From contig JBHGNT010000022.1 in the NCBI GenBank assembly GCA_043228905.1, forward strand, positions 12,586,001-12,650,000: a stretch of DNA of 64,000 bases, in the 5' to 3' direction. Position numbers and translations under genes: made by a program. The notes beneath the pieces are model-generated. The model was not told the DNA's origin. It made no database searches and worked only from the letters and a program-made list of their open reading frames with translations. The first letter of the stretch is position 1, and each line of letters starts with the position of its first letter. Source of the stretch: Azolla caroliniana (Eukaryota > Plantae > Polypodiophyta). Positions 1 through 13,105 of the stretch are shown in pieces.

Positions 1-1789
1 TGTTTTTGTTAGGTTTAGGTTGAGGTACAAAGACTGTTCTGAGGGTTTAGGTAGCAGCCAATAGTCACTTCTTCGACAACGACTTTCTTACTTCCACCGA
101 TTGCAGTTGATGTCGTGGTGATTTGGGGCTTCTGCCACCAAATCGAGGCGGCATTGGAGATTCCTTCCACCAAATCGAGGCGGCATATCCAACGCTCCCT
201 CCACCATTGGAGGTTCCTTCCATCCATTTTTTTATTTTCAGTACTAAAATGTTTCATTTCTTCATATTTTAGTACTAAAATTTTAGAATTGACATTTGTC
301 ATATTTGATATGTAATTCTAATGTTTGAAACAAAATATTTCTCACTTTGCAGGCCACATTCAAGTGGCTGGGGTCGGGACGTAGACGACGATGTGATCCA
401 TTATCTCAAGAGATTATTGAGAAAGTGGATTCATTTTGGGCCAAAAATACGCGTGTCTCACCAAATAAGAAGGACGTGTGTAGACAACGAATAAGTCAGG
501 GTAAGTACCAGATTCACCCTAGACACTTCTTGGAGATGACAGAGGTATTCCATTTTTTTATATCAATTCACATTCCATAACTTTGTGTTTTGACCAAGTG
601 TATATTAATGTTTGCTATATATATTGGTTGATGTAGGCTGAATTGTACATGAACTTTAAAGACCAACATCCAAGCTTGATTGTTGGATTCCGCAAGTTCC
701 AAGGTTTGAAACCATTTTATGTTAGAAAATTAAATGAGAGGAATACATGTTGTTGTGTGTACCATGTGAAGATGGACATGTTAAGGCTAGTAGTGAATGC
801 AATGCGTACTGATTCTAAGGGTATACACGGGGAATTATGTGTCTGCACTTGTGAGATTTGTAGACCAAATGGGGAGGATAATAGGTGTAATGCACGAAAC
901 ATGACTTATGCATCCGTTTCTGAGCTATGGAGGTCTTGTGTTTGTGAAAAAGAACCATCATGTGAGTGGCATCGTCGTACATGTCTATTAAGAACATGTA
1001 AGGTTTGTCCGCTACCATTATTTTATAGGCAGGAGCTTGATATGGGAAATAGTCATATCGTGAAATGGAAATATTTGGAGTATGTGACTGAAAATATTGG
1101 CAAGGGAGTTGTAACTAAGCGTATCAAGGAAGTATATAAGGAGACATGTGCTGCTACCCTTGTCTCAGAATTTAAGAAACAACTTGGGGAGTTTATTCCA
1201 CATAACTTCCGGAGTTATTGGCAAAATTCACAGTTCAAGGAATGTATTAATAACTTACCAACGGGTGTCATCGTATCCGTTATTGATTTTGCATAAAACT
1301 ATACATTTAAAGTTCAAAATGAGGTTCAATCAATGCATTGGTACAATGATCAATGTACAATACCTGTACATATTTGCTATTGGAGGCAAGACGGTGAGTT
1401 ACATAAGAAATCAATATTTTACATTTCAGATGATAAAAAGCATGATACACTATTTGTTCAACATTGTTTTAAGCTTCACCATGCAGATTTATTTTCTCTA
1501 GGGTTAACCTTTAACCGTCATTGGGTTTGGTCTGATGGTGCTGCCTCGCAGTTTAAGGTGGCACGATCGTTCTACTTTATCGCCAGGTAATTTTTAATCC
1601 ATATGTTTAGTACTTATCATGCAATGTGTAAGGAAGTAATTCTTGTGTTAGTGGATGCATACTAATTATGTTTGTAACTATTAACAAACAGTACTATTCA
1701 CATGGATGCATACTAATTATGTTTGTAACTATTCGAATCTTGCACTTGTGAATGGATGCATGCATACTAATTTTGTTTGTATTATGTTG

Positions 1790-2630
1790 TACTAAGTAAC
1801 TTTTAATCCACGTGAAGTGTTCTCCATAGACACATTGTACTATGTTGTGTTTACAGAAGGATGTAAAGTACTCATCTTGTACTCATAGTATAGTCCGTCC
1901 TTAAGAGAATTGTACTAATTATCTTTTTATCCATGTGAAGTGTTCTCCATAGACACATTGTACTATGTTGTGTGTATAGAAGGATGTAAAGTACTCATCT
2001 TGTACTTAGAGTATTGTCCGTCCTTAAGAGAATTGTACTAATTATGTTTTAATCCATGTGAAGGGTTCTCCATAGACACATTGTACTATGTTGTGTGTTG
2101 GTTCTGTACTATGTTGTGTTTACAAAAGGATGTAAAGTACTCATCTTGTACTCATAGTATTGTCTGTCCTTAAGAGAGTTGTACTAATTATGTTTTAATC
2201 CATGTGAAGGGTTCTCCATAGACACATTGTACTATGTTGTGTGTTGGTTCTGTACTATGTTGTGTTTACAAAAGGATGTAAAGTACTCATCTTGTACTCA
2301 TAGTATTGTCCGTCCTTAAGAGAATTGTACTAAGTATCGATTAATCCATGTGAAGGGTTCTCCATAGACACATTGTACTATGTTGTGTGTTGGTTCTGTA
2401 CTATGTTGTGTTTACAAAAGGATGTAAAGTACTCATCTTGTACTTATAGTATTGTCCGTCCTTAAGAGAATTGTACTAATTATGTTTTAATCCATGTGAA
2501 GGGTTCTCCATAGACACATTGTACTATGTTGTGTGTTGTATCTGTACTATGTTGTGTTTACAGGAGGATGTAAAGTACTCATCTTGTACTCATAGTATTG
2601 TCCGTCCTTAAGAGAATTGTACTAAATCAG
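1790..2630. repeat. Intronic tandem array, about 6 units of ~122-146 bp, GTAC-rich; degenerate copies continue to ~3135
   Basis: Recurrent atccatgtgaagggttctccatagacacattgtactatg...gtccttaagagaattgtactaa inside intron 1587-3164. Confidence 0.92.
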
Positions 2631-3242
2631 TATTTACTCGTGTTGTACTCATAGTATTGTACTCATCTTGTACTCATCTTTTAAACACTGTGTGGTACTG
2701 ATTATCTATTAATCAATGTTCAACGTTCTCCATGAACACACTGTATTGTACTATGTGTTGTATCTATACTAAATCAGTGTTTATTGGGGGATGTAAAGTA
2801 CATGTCTTGTAGTACTAATGATCTTCTAAGGAGGGTTGTGTTCTCCGTGGACACATTGTATTGTACTATCCGATATTGAACATTTTGTACTATTTATCTG
2901 TTAATACATGTAGAGTGCTTTCCATGAACTCATTGTACTATACTTTGTGCTATATCCATACTAAGTTAGTATTAAATGGATGCCAGGTACTGTTGTTCGA
3001 CAACATAGTACTATTTATCTGTTAATAAGTGTAGAGTGTTCTCAATGGATACGTTGTGCTATGCTTTGTTTTGTATTTGTACTAAATCAGTATTAATGGA
3101 AGTGTAGTACTCTCAATTGACAACATAGTACTAATTTTGTTGGAAACCTGAGATACCAAAGCAGGTATTTCTCCTTATTCAATATTCGTATGCAATGGAA
3201 TTACTTCGGGTCTGGACATGGAAAAGGAGAGCATGATGGCGC

Positions 3243-3946
3243 TGTCGTAGTGTATTCCACACACTACGTGAAAACCATAAAATAATATATCCGATTTTAG
3301 ATACATATAACTAGATAAATAATATATCAAAAGAATTTATCACGTGCATAGGGCAGGATTTGAACCATGCACCTCCACGTAGATAAACCCCAACTTTACC
3401 ATTGTAATAATTTATCTTTAGTGTTATAAATATAGATTTAATACGTATAAGACCTTTATTTACACATACCTTTATTAAAAGGTAAAAATCATGTATTCTT
3501 TAGAGTGTGAATATTTTATTTACACGTGACATTAAAAGTGACTCATGCACATCTAGCGTGCATGAGCCCTATATTTAGGAAATGACAAAGCATCACATGC
3601 ACATTTAGTGTGTATGGACACTTTAGGTGAAAAAGCATGAAGCCATGCTTAGCCTCTTCCATCTTTATATAAGGAGGAGAAAAATATGTATATGGTTGTT
3701 GATTAAGATACAAGGTTGGATCAATCTAATATATTCGTGGGATTCACGAATTTTGCCATCTAATTGCTCTTATAATCTAAATATTGTTTTAATTACACTA
3801 AACTCGTGGGATTCACGAGATTGCTATCTTACTTCTCTTTCCACTATTCATATCTAGGCTTAAGTTGTATTCCTCTTCCTCCTAGTCAAAAACCTCGGTG
3901 GTTCCCACCCGACTCACGCAACGATCCGGAGCCGAAGGGCACGACA
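3243..3946 (+). repeat. 5' LTR of element A
   Basis: Direct repeat of 9576-10279 with about 7 substitutions counted by eye. Confidence 0.96.
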
Positions 3947-3950
3947 CAGT

Positions 3951-3968
3951 TGGTGAACCCGACGTGAA
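3951..3968 (+). promoter_or_regulatory. Primer-binding site, tRNA-Trp (same sequence at 30684-30701 in element F)
   Basis: TGGTGAACCCGACGTGAA is the reverse complement of the plant tRNA-Trp 3' end TTCACGTCGGGTTCACCA. Confidence 0.88.
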
Positions 3969-3984
3969 CACGGGTGGCAAGGAG

Positions 3985-6026
3985 ATGGAAAATCAACAAG
4001 AGGCTAGCAACATGATGATGATGTTCGAGCGCATGCTACAAGAACAACGCGCGATGTCGGAGATAGCGGCCTCAGTGGAGCGGCTCGTGCAACGAAACGG
4101 GCAATTCAACGGGAAAGACGTGTCGCGGTATCTTCGGGATTACAAGGCGGAGATGCTACGGTGCGGAATATCGGAAGGACTGCAAGTGACGTCCTTCAAC
4201 CGGGTGGCGACCGACGGGCTTCAAGCAAGCATCCATGGGCTACGACAGCAAAATCCGACATGGGAGGCGTTTGAAGTAGAGCTAAAGAGGACGTTCGCCA
4301 TCGAGGATTCCTCCAAGGCGACGCGAAGGGGATTCGAAGATTGGGTGGAGACACCGGACAAGGGATTGAAGGTCGTTGATGTGTTTTCGACATTCGAAAG
4401 CCGGTTCGGGAGGTTGTCCGCGAGAGATCAAGCTATCCTCGTACCGGACAAGGTGATCATGTTCTTGCGAGTCGTGGACGTCCGGGACCGGAAAGATCTC
4501 GGAGTGCTCTTGGAGGACACGACCACGGAGAGCGGCCTCACCGAAACATGGGAAAGCGTGCGGGATATCGTCGCGCGATACACGAAGAGGGGTAATGGCT
4601 TGCCGACGAGGAAAAGAGGGTTTCGGAACCGATTCCGAAACCGAGAACCGGATTGGAAGACCATCAACTGAGGGCTCGAGAGACTACAACCGAGAAGGGG
4701 ATTGATGCATCTACGGTGGAGCAACTATTGAAGGAGATGGAGAATCTGAAGATCGCGATGGTGAAGAAGTCGGATGACCGCCCCACAAGCTCCAAGTATA
4801 CGGACCGATGGTGCATATGGTGCGATAGCACCGAACACGATCGGAGGGATTGCGACGAGCATAAGGAGGCGCTATGGCGGGATCTCATCTACTACGAGGG
4901 AAACCGGATTCATTCGATGGACTCTCGGAAGCCACTCCGACCGAACTTCCGGAAAGGCGGCATGAAGAAGGTGCTCGAGGAGGAATTGGCGGCGAGAAGC
5001 AACTATGCGACAACCGCGGGAATATGTGTCGGGGAGTCATCGAGAGCAAAGAAGTCTTTTTGGCCGGAAGTTCTAGAAAACACCGAGAAAACCGACTCCA
5101 ACGAGATCCGAAGCACCGCGGAAGGCGTCCGGGAAGCTACGGGATGGGAGTGGCCTGTCGACAAGAATAGTGTATACGCCCTGTGTCAATTGCATAAGGT
5201 GTATGTGGACGAGAAACGACGACGAACGGAGGATGCGGCCGGTCCATCGAAGATACCGGAAAGCTGGAACTCCGGAGGTAAGGGAAAAGAAAAGGCGACT
5301 CCGGCATTCAAGCTCGCCTCGGACATAGAACAACAAACCAACTTGAAAAGAGTGTTCGAGGAAAGAATCTTGGATAGCCGGGTAGATTTCTCGCTTCGGG
5401 AGCTACTCGGAATAGCAAAGAAGGAGTTCCACGATCTTCTCGTAGATCTCGTGAAGCGAAAAAGACAAAGTACGGAGGAAAATGCTCCAAGGGTGAATGC
5501 GAACACCGTTTTAATGAACGACACCGAAGTGGAGGACGAAATTCCGAACTCCCACTATACAAGGCCACATTGGGCACGCGCGACTACGGAAACTCCGGTC
5601 CGAATCGGCAACATCAAAGAAACCGTGCTGGCATTGATTGATCATGGATCGGAGATCAACTTGATGTCCAAGGAGTTCTACCGGAAGGGGAAGTGGCCTA
5701 TTAACACCAACCATGGATGGAAGATTCGGGCGGCCACCAAAGCAACGGAAGATCTATTTGCGGCTTGTCCGGATGTGACGGTGAAGATCGAGGATGTCGA
5801 GATTGACCAAAATTTCTTTGTGCAAGATGAGGTTTCACATTCCGTCATCCTCGGCCAACCCTTTATCACGGCATCACGGATGGAGACGAAGGTGCTCGAT
5901 AGCGGTGCGGCTTTTGCGCAAATTCGGAGCCAAAACGGTGGGAAATCCGTCCAATTCCTAACGGTGCCGGCAAATCACGAAAGGAACAAGAGGGAACTCT
6001 TGTCCCAAGTGAGAATGGATTTTTAA
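3985..6026 (+). pseudogene. gag: Element A gag-protease ORF with a 1-bp frameshift lesion near 4593
   Basis: Gag FNGKDVSRYL; knuckle CIWCDSTEHDRRDC; protease ALIDHGSEINLM...VILGQPF; split over ORFs 3898-4671 and 4653-6026. Confidence 0.88.
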
Positions 6027-9000
6027 AGCGGACTGTTGCGGAGTGGGGAAGTGATAATCCGAGAAGCCCTGATACCCCACACAGGAAGAAAACTCTCGGA
6101 GCAAAACATGTACGAATCGGTCCGGATGGGGCATCTACGTACACGACCGTAACCGGAGGATTGAAGAAAGGATACCGACAAGTGGAGGATAAGTTGCGGT
6201 CGGCATCAATAATAAAAGAAGATGAAGAAATCGTGGGGATAGTCGAGGAAGTGTTCTATGGGAGCACGCTACAACGACTTGAAGAGCTTGCGGAAGATAA
6301 AAGCCAAGGGAACCGGGTAGTCCCGGTGGAATTGGTCGAGATGTACGAGATCATTGCGAAAATGGAGCCGGATACGCTCCGTAAAGAAGAAGCAATAGTA
6401 AGTACGAAATACAAGACCGTGGAGAAGAAGGTGAAACCGGCCGTGGGACCACTACCCGCCGATAGCGAACAAAAGAGGAAAGAAGTCTCAGGAGATCCGA
6501 CACTTCGGAAGTCCGTGGATATCGGACATGCCTTCACGGATGAGACCCGGAAGAAACTTCGGATCGGTGGAGGTGGGTTCCTATTACAGAAAGAAGAAGA
6601 ACGGTTTCGCGAGATGTTGGAGCAACACGGCAAAGCGTTTGCATTTACATCAAGGGAGATAGGGTGCGTCGATCCGAGAATAGTGGAGCCGATGGTGATC
6701 TTTACGATTGACCATGTACCGTGGAATCTGAAGCCGATTCCGGTGCCACGAGCGCATATTCCGAAAGTCATTGACTTGCTCAAGGAGAAGGTGGCGATGG
6801 GGATTCTAGAGCCATCAACTGCTCCGTACTCAAATCGATGGTTTACGGTTCCGAAGAAGAATGGGTCACTCTGATTTATCCAAGACTTGCAACCGGTGAA
6901 TAAGGTCACGATCCGGAACTCGGGAGTCGGTCCGATAGTGGACGAATTTGCGGAAGCTTTTGCCGGTCGTGCGATATACTCCATCGGAGACCTATACTCA
7001 GGGTATGACCAATTCCAACTAGCCGTGGAGAGCCGAGACATCACAACCATGCGAACACCGATAGGATTAGTCCGAATGTGCACACTACCACAAGGAGCGA
7101 CAAACTCGGTTGCTCATATGATGAACGCGATGAACAAGGTGCTTCGAGACTGCATTCCGGAGATAACGATGCCGTTCCTCGATGACATTCCGATGAAAGG
7201 ATGCGCGGTCGAAGAAAAAGATGAGACTATGGATGATCGGGGATGCCGAAAGTTCGTGGTCGACCATATTCATGCTTGCGAGAAAGTGTTGCGAAAGCTA
7301 GAAGATGTGCACCTAACACTTTCCAGGGAGAAATCGGCATTCGGGCAAGAAGAAATATTGGTGGTCGGACATCTATGTGGGCCCTACGGCCGAAGACCGT
7401 CACCAACAAAGATCGATGCGATTCAAGCTATGGAGGAAGTATGCGAGTCAACATCCGAAGTCCGAAGGTTTCTCGGTGCATGTGCATTCTATCACATATG
7501 GATTCCGCACTATGCACATATAGCGGATCCACTCTAGCACTTGTTGCGGAAAGGTAAGAAATTCGAATGGAAACCAGAACACACCAAAGCTATGAAAAAA
7601 TTGAAGAAGACACTTCGGAGGGCGGAAGCACTTAAGAAACCGAGCTATGACCGACCGATCATAGTAACGGTTGATACAAGTCCAACCGGTATCGGGTGGG
7701 TCATCAATCAAGCTGACTCGGATGGTTCGCGGTATCCGATCCGATTCGGAGCAAAGGTTCTCAACGAAAGGCAACGTGGATATGCGCAAGTCAAAAGAGA
7801 ACTGTGGGGAGTCGTGTCGGCGATAAAATCGGATCGGGATTATTTGATCGGAGCCGAAGTGGTGATCGAGACGGATTGTCTTCCGATACTCGGGATGATG
7901 CGGTGTTGTACGATACCGGATGTAGCTATGCTAAGGTGGGTTACATATGTCAAGTCGCTTAATCCGGAGGTTCGACACATCTCGGGGAAGGACAACGCGG
8001 TAGCGGATATGTTATCAAGGGCTCGGTTCGGAGACGACATAACCGAATCGGATAATGAAGAAGTTTCCGAAGACTACTTCGCGTCGGAGCACATATGCCG
8101 AGTAAACGTAATCCGGGAATTCCGGGAAGAAGAATACGAGGGAGAAAGCTTGATGATCGGGAAGATGTTACAAGAGGCCGAGGATTCAACAAACAATAAA
8201 GGAAGAAGAGCCGAGATCCGAAGGAAGAAGAGACAAGTCCAAAAGTTCTTCTTGGAAAACGGATTAATATGGAGGGCGCCGAAAAGACCGGATGGTATAC
8301 CACTTCGAGTAGTCGGGACAAAAGAGCAACGAAACCGGATAATGTCCGAGTTTCACGAATCCGATTGGGCTGGACACCGAGGAACATGGGCAACATTTGT
8401 GAAGATCAAGCAAAAATATTGGTGGAAGAAAATGTACAAAGATGTCGCGGGGTTCGACATCGAGATGAGTTACATCCGACATTCTCACCGACAATCAACT
8501 TCAAGTGGATGGTTGACATAGTGGCCATGCCGATCGGGATCGGACAAAAGAAATACTTGGTATTAGCTCGGGAAGATCTCACGAATCAAGTAGAAGGTCG
8601 AGCGCTTCAGAGGAAAACGTGTTCCGCGGTATGCCAATTTCTTTTGGAGGAAGTATTTTGCAGGTACGGGTGCGTAGGACAAGTGATTGCGGACCGGGGA
8701 GAACTCGACTCGGACAAAGCTAGGGGATTCTTCGCTAAACACGGAGTTCGGTTATCGCTGACAACGGCATACAATCCGGAGGCCAACGGGAAAATCGAAC
8801 GAGGACATAGTCCGATCGTGAAAGCACTTGCGAAGGCATGCGATGGAAAGGTGAAGGACTGGCCGCAGATGCTTCCGTATGCACTATGGGGGGATCGGAC
8901 GACGCATAGTTCCATAACCGGTTACATGCCGGCAGAACTCATGACCGGACAAGCACCGGTAATGCCGACGGAAACCGCGATCGCAACATGGACAGTGCTA

Positions 9001-9618
9001 CCGTGGAAGGAAGAGATGAGCCGGGAAGAACTACTAGCGGTCCGGATACGACAACTAGAGGGAAGACCGGCAGACATAGCGGAAGCAATACGCCGACAAC
9101 AAGAAGCACGATTAAGGAACAAAAGCCGGTTCGACACAAAGCACCGACTACGACCGAGGAGGATTGAAGAAGGAGACTGGGTGATCGTCTATGACAGTAG
9201 TTTGGACCATCAACATACAACGATGCGGAAATTCGCGAAAAGGTGGTTCGGACCATACGAGGTTCGGAAAGTCTTCGACAACGGAACGTACCGACTGTCC
9301 GAGTTGGATGGAACAATACTACGAGTGCCTATAGCCGGGAAGCGGGTGAAGATTTTCAAGAAGCGGACTGACGACAAACCCTATGTGATCCAAGCCAAGG
9401 CCGACAACGAGGACCAATCGGACGACGACCACGGTGATGCAGGAAGCGAAGAAAGTGAATTACAACTCATAGTCGACATAAGGGAAGAATCGGAGGAAGC
9501 TTTGGGTGAAGACGGATATGGGGAATCGAGAACTTCGGCACATACCGGAGGATGTGCGGGTTCGGAGGGGGCGAGTGTCGTAGTGTATTCCACACACTAC
9601 GTGAAAACCATAAAATAA
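6023..9618 (+). pseudogene. pol: Element A pol (RT-RNase H-integrase); stops at 6872 and 7535, deletion/frameshift near 8450
   Basis: PYSNRWF, LPQGATNS, FLDD, RNase H DTSPTGIG, integrase GHRG, DRGE, NGKIERGH, GPY module. Confidence 0.92.
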
Positions 9619-10279
9619 TATATCCGATTTTAGATACATATAACTAGATAAATAATATATCAAAAGAATTGATCACGTGCATAGGGCAGGATTTGAACCT
9701 TGCACCTCCACGTAGATAAACCCCAACTTTACCATTGTAATAATTTATCTTTAGTGTTATAAATATAGATTTAATACATATAAGACCTTTATTTACACAT
9801 ACCTTTATTAAAAGGTAAAAATCATGTATTCTTTAGAGTGTGAATATTTTATTTACACGTGACATTAAAAGTGACTCATGCACATCTAGCGTGCATGAGC
9901 CCTATATTTAGGAAATGACAAAGCATCACATGCACATTTAGTGTGCATGGACACTTTAGGTGAAAAAGCATGAAGCCATGCTTAGCCTCTTCCATCTTTA
10001 TATAAGGAGGAGAAAAATATGTATATGGTTGTTGATTAAGATACAAGGTTGGATCAATCTAATATATTCGTGGGATTCACGAATTTTGCCATCTAATTGC
10101 TCTTATAATCTAAATATTGTTTTAATTACACTAAACTCGTGGGATTCACGAGATTGCTATCTTACTTCTCTTTCCACTATTCATATCTAGCCTTAAGTTG
10201 TATTCCTCTTCCTCCTAGTCAAAAACCTCGGTGGTTCCCACCTGACTCACACAACGATCCGGAGCCGAAGGGCACGACA
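9576..10279 (+). repeat. 3' LTR of element A
   Basis: Matches 3243-3946; follows a purine tract. Confidence 0.96.
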
Positions 10280-12740
10280 GCGCGGGGGCTGTGATCAAAC
10301 ATGCCCTTACAAGTGAGCAGTTGGATAATAATGGCGCTAAGTTACAAAATGCACATGATGTTGTGCAGTGGCTAACATGGAAGATGTCAAATGATGGTAA
10401 GAACAGATTGTTTGTTGAAGTTCGCGCTGATGAGGTCGATAGAACTAAATCATATGGTTGTAAAACCGTGAAAGGCACACGCAGCACCCATTGTGTGTTA
10501 GGGTTTAGCCGCAAGGACACAACCCAATTGTTACTCCGTAGTTTATCATGCTTTTGTTCCATGTGTCTAGATGAAGCTTGGGATAAATGCATCAACCTAT
10601 CAATCGTGGAGCCCTGGAAGCTGCAGAAGCTTGAGCCTGAACGACAAGATGATATTGAAGAGGATGTGCATTCAAACGATATTGTATACTACAACCAAAA
10701 TCAAGACTTGGCAGTTTTATTGGAAGTTAGAGATCATTTTGCAGTGCTCAAATATCCTCAGAATGAAGATTTAGAAGACTACTACATTGTGGTGTGCAAG
10801 CAAGGAAAGACATTATTGAAAGAAGTGGTGAGGGATGGTTGGGGCAACAATTTCAACATTGGTGAGTCTGTCGTGTATGGAAACTATTATGCAAAGTTGC
10901 CGCAGTGCAAGAACACATATGCATTACTAAAAGAAGCACCCATCGCAATAATCTACGTTGATGCCATTCTTGCGATCAAATTCAATATGACTCAAGCAAA
11001 GCATAAGGTTAAGGGACACAACACTGTCTACAAGGTCCCCCAAGAGGTTCATGAGCACATATTAGGGGAGGTCTCTCTATTTAATGCTTGAAAGTCACCC
11101 TATCAATACATTGTACCAGAAAACTGAAAACATCCACTTGGAGTTCACTATTACTTTTGATGATTGACAAATGAATTGATATATTTCGTCTTTCTTCCAA
11201 AGTGTTTATGCCTCTCAACCACTTGTACTTATCTTTCATAATATATTAGCTGTTGTCAACAGGACTTGGATTTCTTCATTGCCGATATTGCTCATGTTTC
11301 CTGATGTTATTTGAGCATAGGAGTTTTGCAGAGCCATGTTAAAATGAGTAAAAATATTGTATAAGAGTTGGTGTGTCCTCTGTTGGCACATAAATCTGCT
11401 CTTCTTTTGCTACCAAGAGAAGATTGTTAGTTGAATTCATTAAAGACTTTAATATTGTAAGATTTTCTACTGTAAGTTCATTCTTCAAAGGGGGCGATGA
11501 ATTCTGTGAAGACAACAATGAAAATTATTCTCTCATAATCCTTTTTTGTTTCATGATATGTCCTGTGAAGCCATCTGAGTTTTAACTTCTTGTATATAAG
11601 TCCTGAATATCCAGGCTATGGATTTTAAATTACAGACCTTCCTTTCCTTAACAAAATAATCCAACTTGTGAAACAATAATTTGTGATAGCTCAAAAAGGT
11701 AAGTGTTTCCTTACTACTGTTAGTGGATGGTTCATCCTTTGGGATGATATCATCAAAATATGGCCCACATTGCTTCAACAATTTGCACACATTCTGGTTA
11801 CCCTCCAATTTGCACACATTCTGGCTAAGAAGACTTTCAAGCATTTTATCTACAATAGACTGAAAGACTTTGCGAGGATTAGGAGATGATCTCAAAAAAG
11901 AAACAAAACGTTGTAAAATAAGAATACTTAGATCAAAAAGTATATTCCCATTGTTTTTGATATATGTTGACGAGCAAAATACAGAAGCAATCCTTAAACA
12001 TGAACTTGATTTCACACTGGTATAACTATTTCAGATTCATGAACTGGATTTTTTACATTGGCAATTGAAACAGTATTTTGGTATCCAAATAGTTCAATTT
12101 CAGACACCACTAACAACTAAAGTTCAAGTACAATCGAAAGACAATCAGGCACTAGAGGGTAACTTGGCCGATCTTGTAATGCGCTTGTTGGTGCCAGATT
12201 TTTCTGATTTTACATTCTTCTTTATCTTAAAGCCTTTAGGTATGAGCTGACTAAGTGGCACTTCATCATCAGAGGCATCAGAGACAGCCGTGGATGCGCG
12301 GGCACCTTGTACTGGTGGCAAGCTTGAGAGAGCAACTATGTTTTCTGCAACTGCAATGCTTGTACACAAATCCACAAAGGTGCTGTCGATAGACAAATTA
12401 TCACTCATCTCCTGAATGCTTGTACTCCTAGCGATCTTTATTGCCCTATCATCATCACCGATGCCTATACACTCGTTCTTATTAGACTCCTGTATGTGGA
12501 CCGTAGTAGTAGTCATGGTCAACTCCTCTTGTACGGTGGATGTCACCTCATTCTTAAGACAACGTTGTTCGCTCTGAGTACAATCAGGCCCACCTTCATT
12601 AGTAACGTTGTTCGCTCTACACTCCTCATGGGATTCTGTACAATCAGGCTTATCTTCAAGGAAAGCGATGTTCTTTCCACGATCCTCTTCATTACTAGCA
12701 ATGTTCTTTCCATGATCCTCATGGGAATCTTTAGACAGTA

Positions 12741-13105
12741 CTAGCACATTATCAGTACAATCAGTCTTCTCTTCAGCACTTGCCACATTATCAGTACAAT
12801 CAGTCTTCTCTTCAGTACTTGCCATATTCTTTCCACACTCTTCATGGGCTTCAATCTTCTCTTCAGTACTTGCCATATTCTTTCCACACTCTTCATGGGC
12901 TTCAATCTTCTCTTCAGTACTTGCCATATTCTTTCCACACTCTTCATGGGCTTCAATCTTCTCTTCAGTACTTGCCATATTCTTTCCACACTCTTCATGG
13001 GCTTCAATCTTCTCTTCAGTACTTGCCATATTCTTTCCACACTCTTCATGGGCTTCAATCTTCTCTTCAGTACTTGCCATATTATTTCCACACTCATAGG
13101 CTTCT
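12741..13105 (-). repeat. Coding minisatellite: 51-bp unit (MASTEEKIEAHEECGKN), 5 near-perfect copies plus 39-bp variants
   Basis: Exact repeats of tcttctcttcagtacttgccatattctttccacactcttcatgggcttcaa. Confidence 0.95.

Larger units (their letters stand above)
3243..10279 (+). mobile_element. Element A: full-length non-chromovirus Ty3/gypsy LTR retrotransposon (Phygy-like), defective
   Basis: 704-bp LTRs TGTCG...CGACA; 4-bp TSD GCGC (3239-3242, 10280-10283); tRNA-Trp PBS; PPT ggagggggcgag before 9576; order gag-PR-RT-RH-IN. Confidence 0.96.
353..11091 (+). pseudogene. Spliced DDD-type DNA transposase gene (Sola2-like), disrupted; exons 353-544, 637-1586, 3165-3242, 10284-11091
   Basis: GT-AG junctions join in frame (MTE|AELY; FIAR|YFSL). 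Motifs: Cys-rich CCCVYH, VIDFA*NY (GAA>TAA at 1294-1296), QSMHW, WSDGAASQFK, WNYFGSGHGKGEHDGA|GAVIK, restored on removing element A and one GCGC. Sola2 assignment is by motif recall. Confidence 0.8.

Noticed and set aside
15-315. Short ORFs and a 20-bp direct repeat at the window start
   Set aside because: No motif and truncated context; cannot be assigned.
3627-3857. Duplicated 76-aa ORF (also 9960-10190) and similar ORF pairs in the other LTRs
   Set aside because: Duplication simply reflects LTR identity; no domain motifs.
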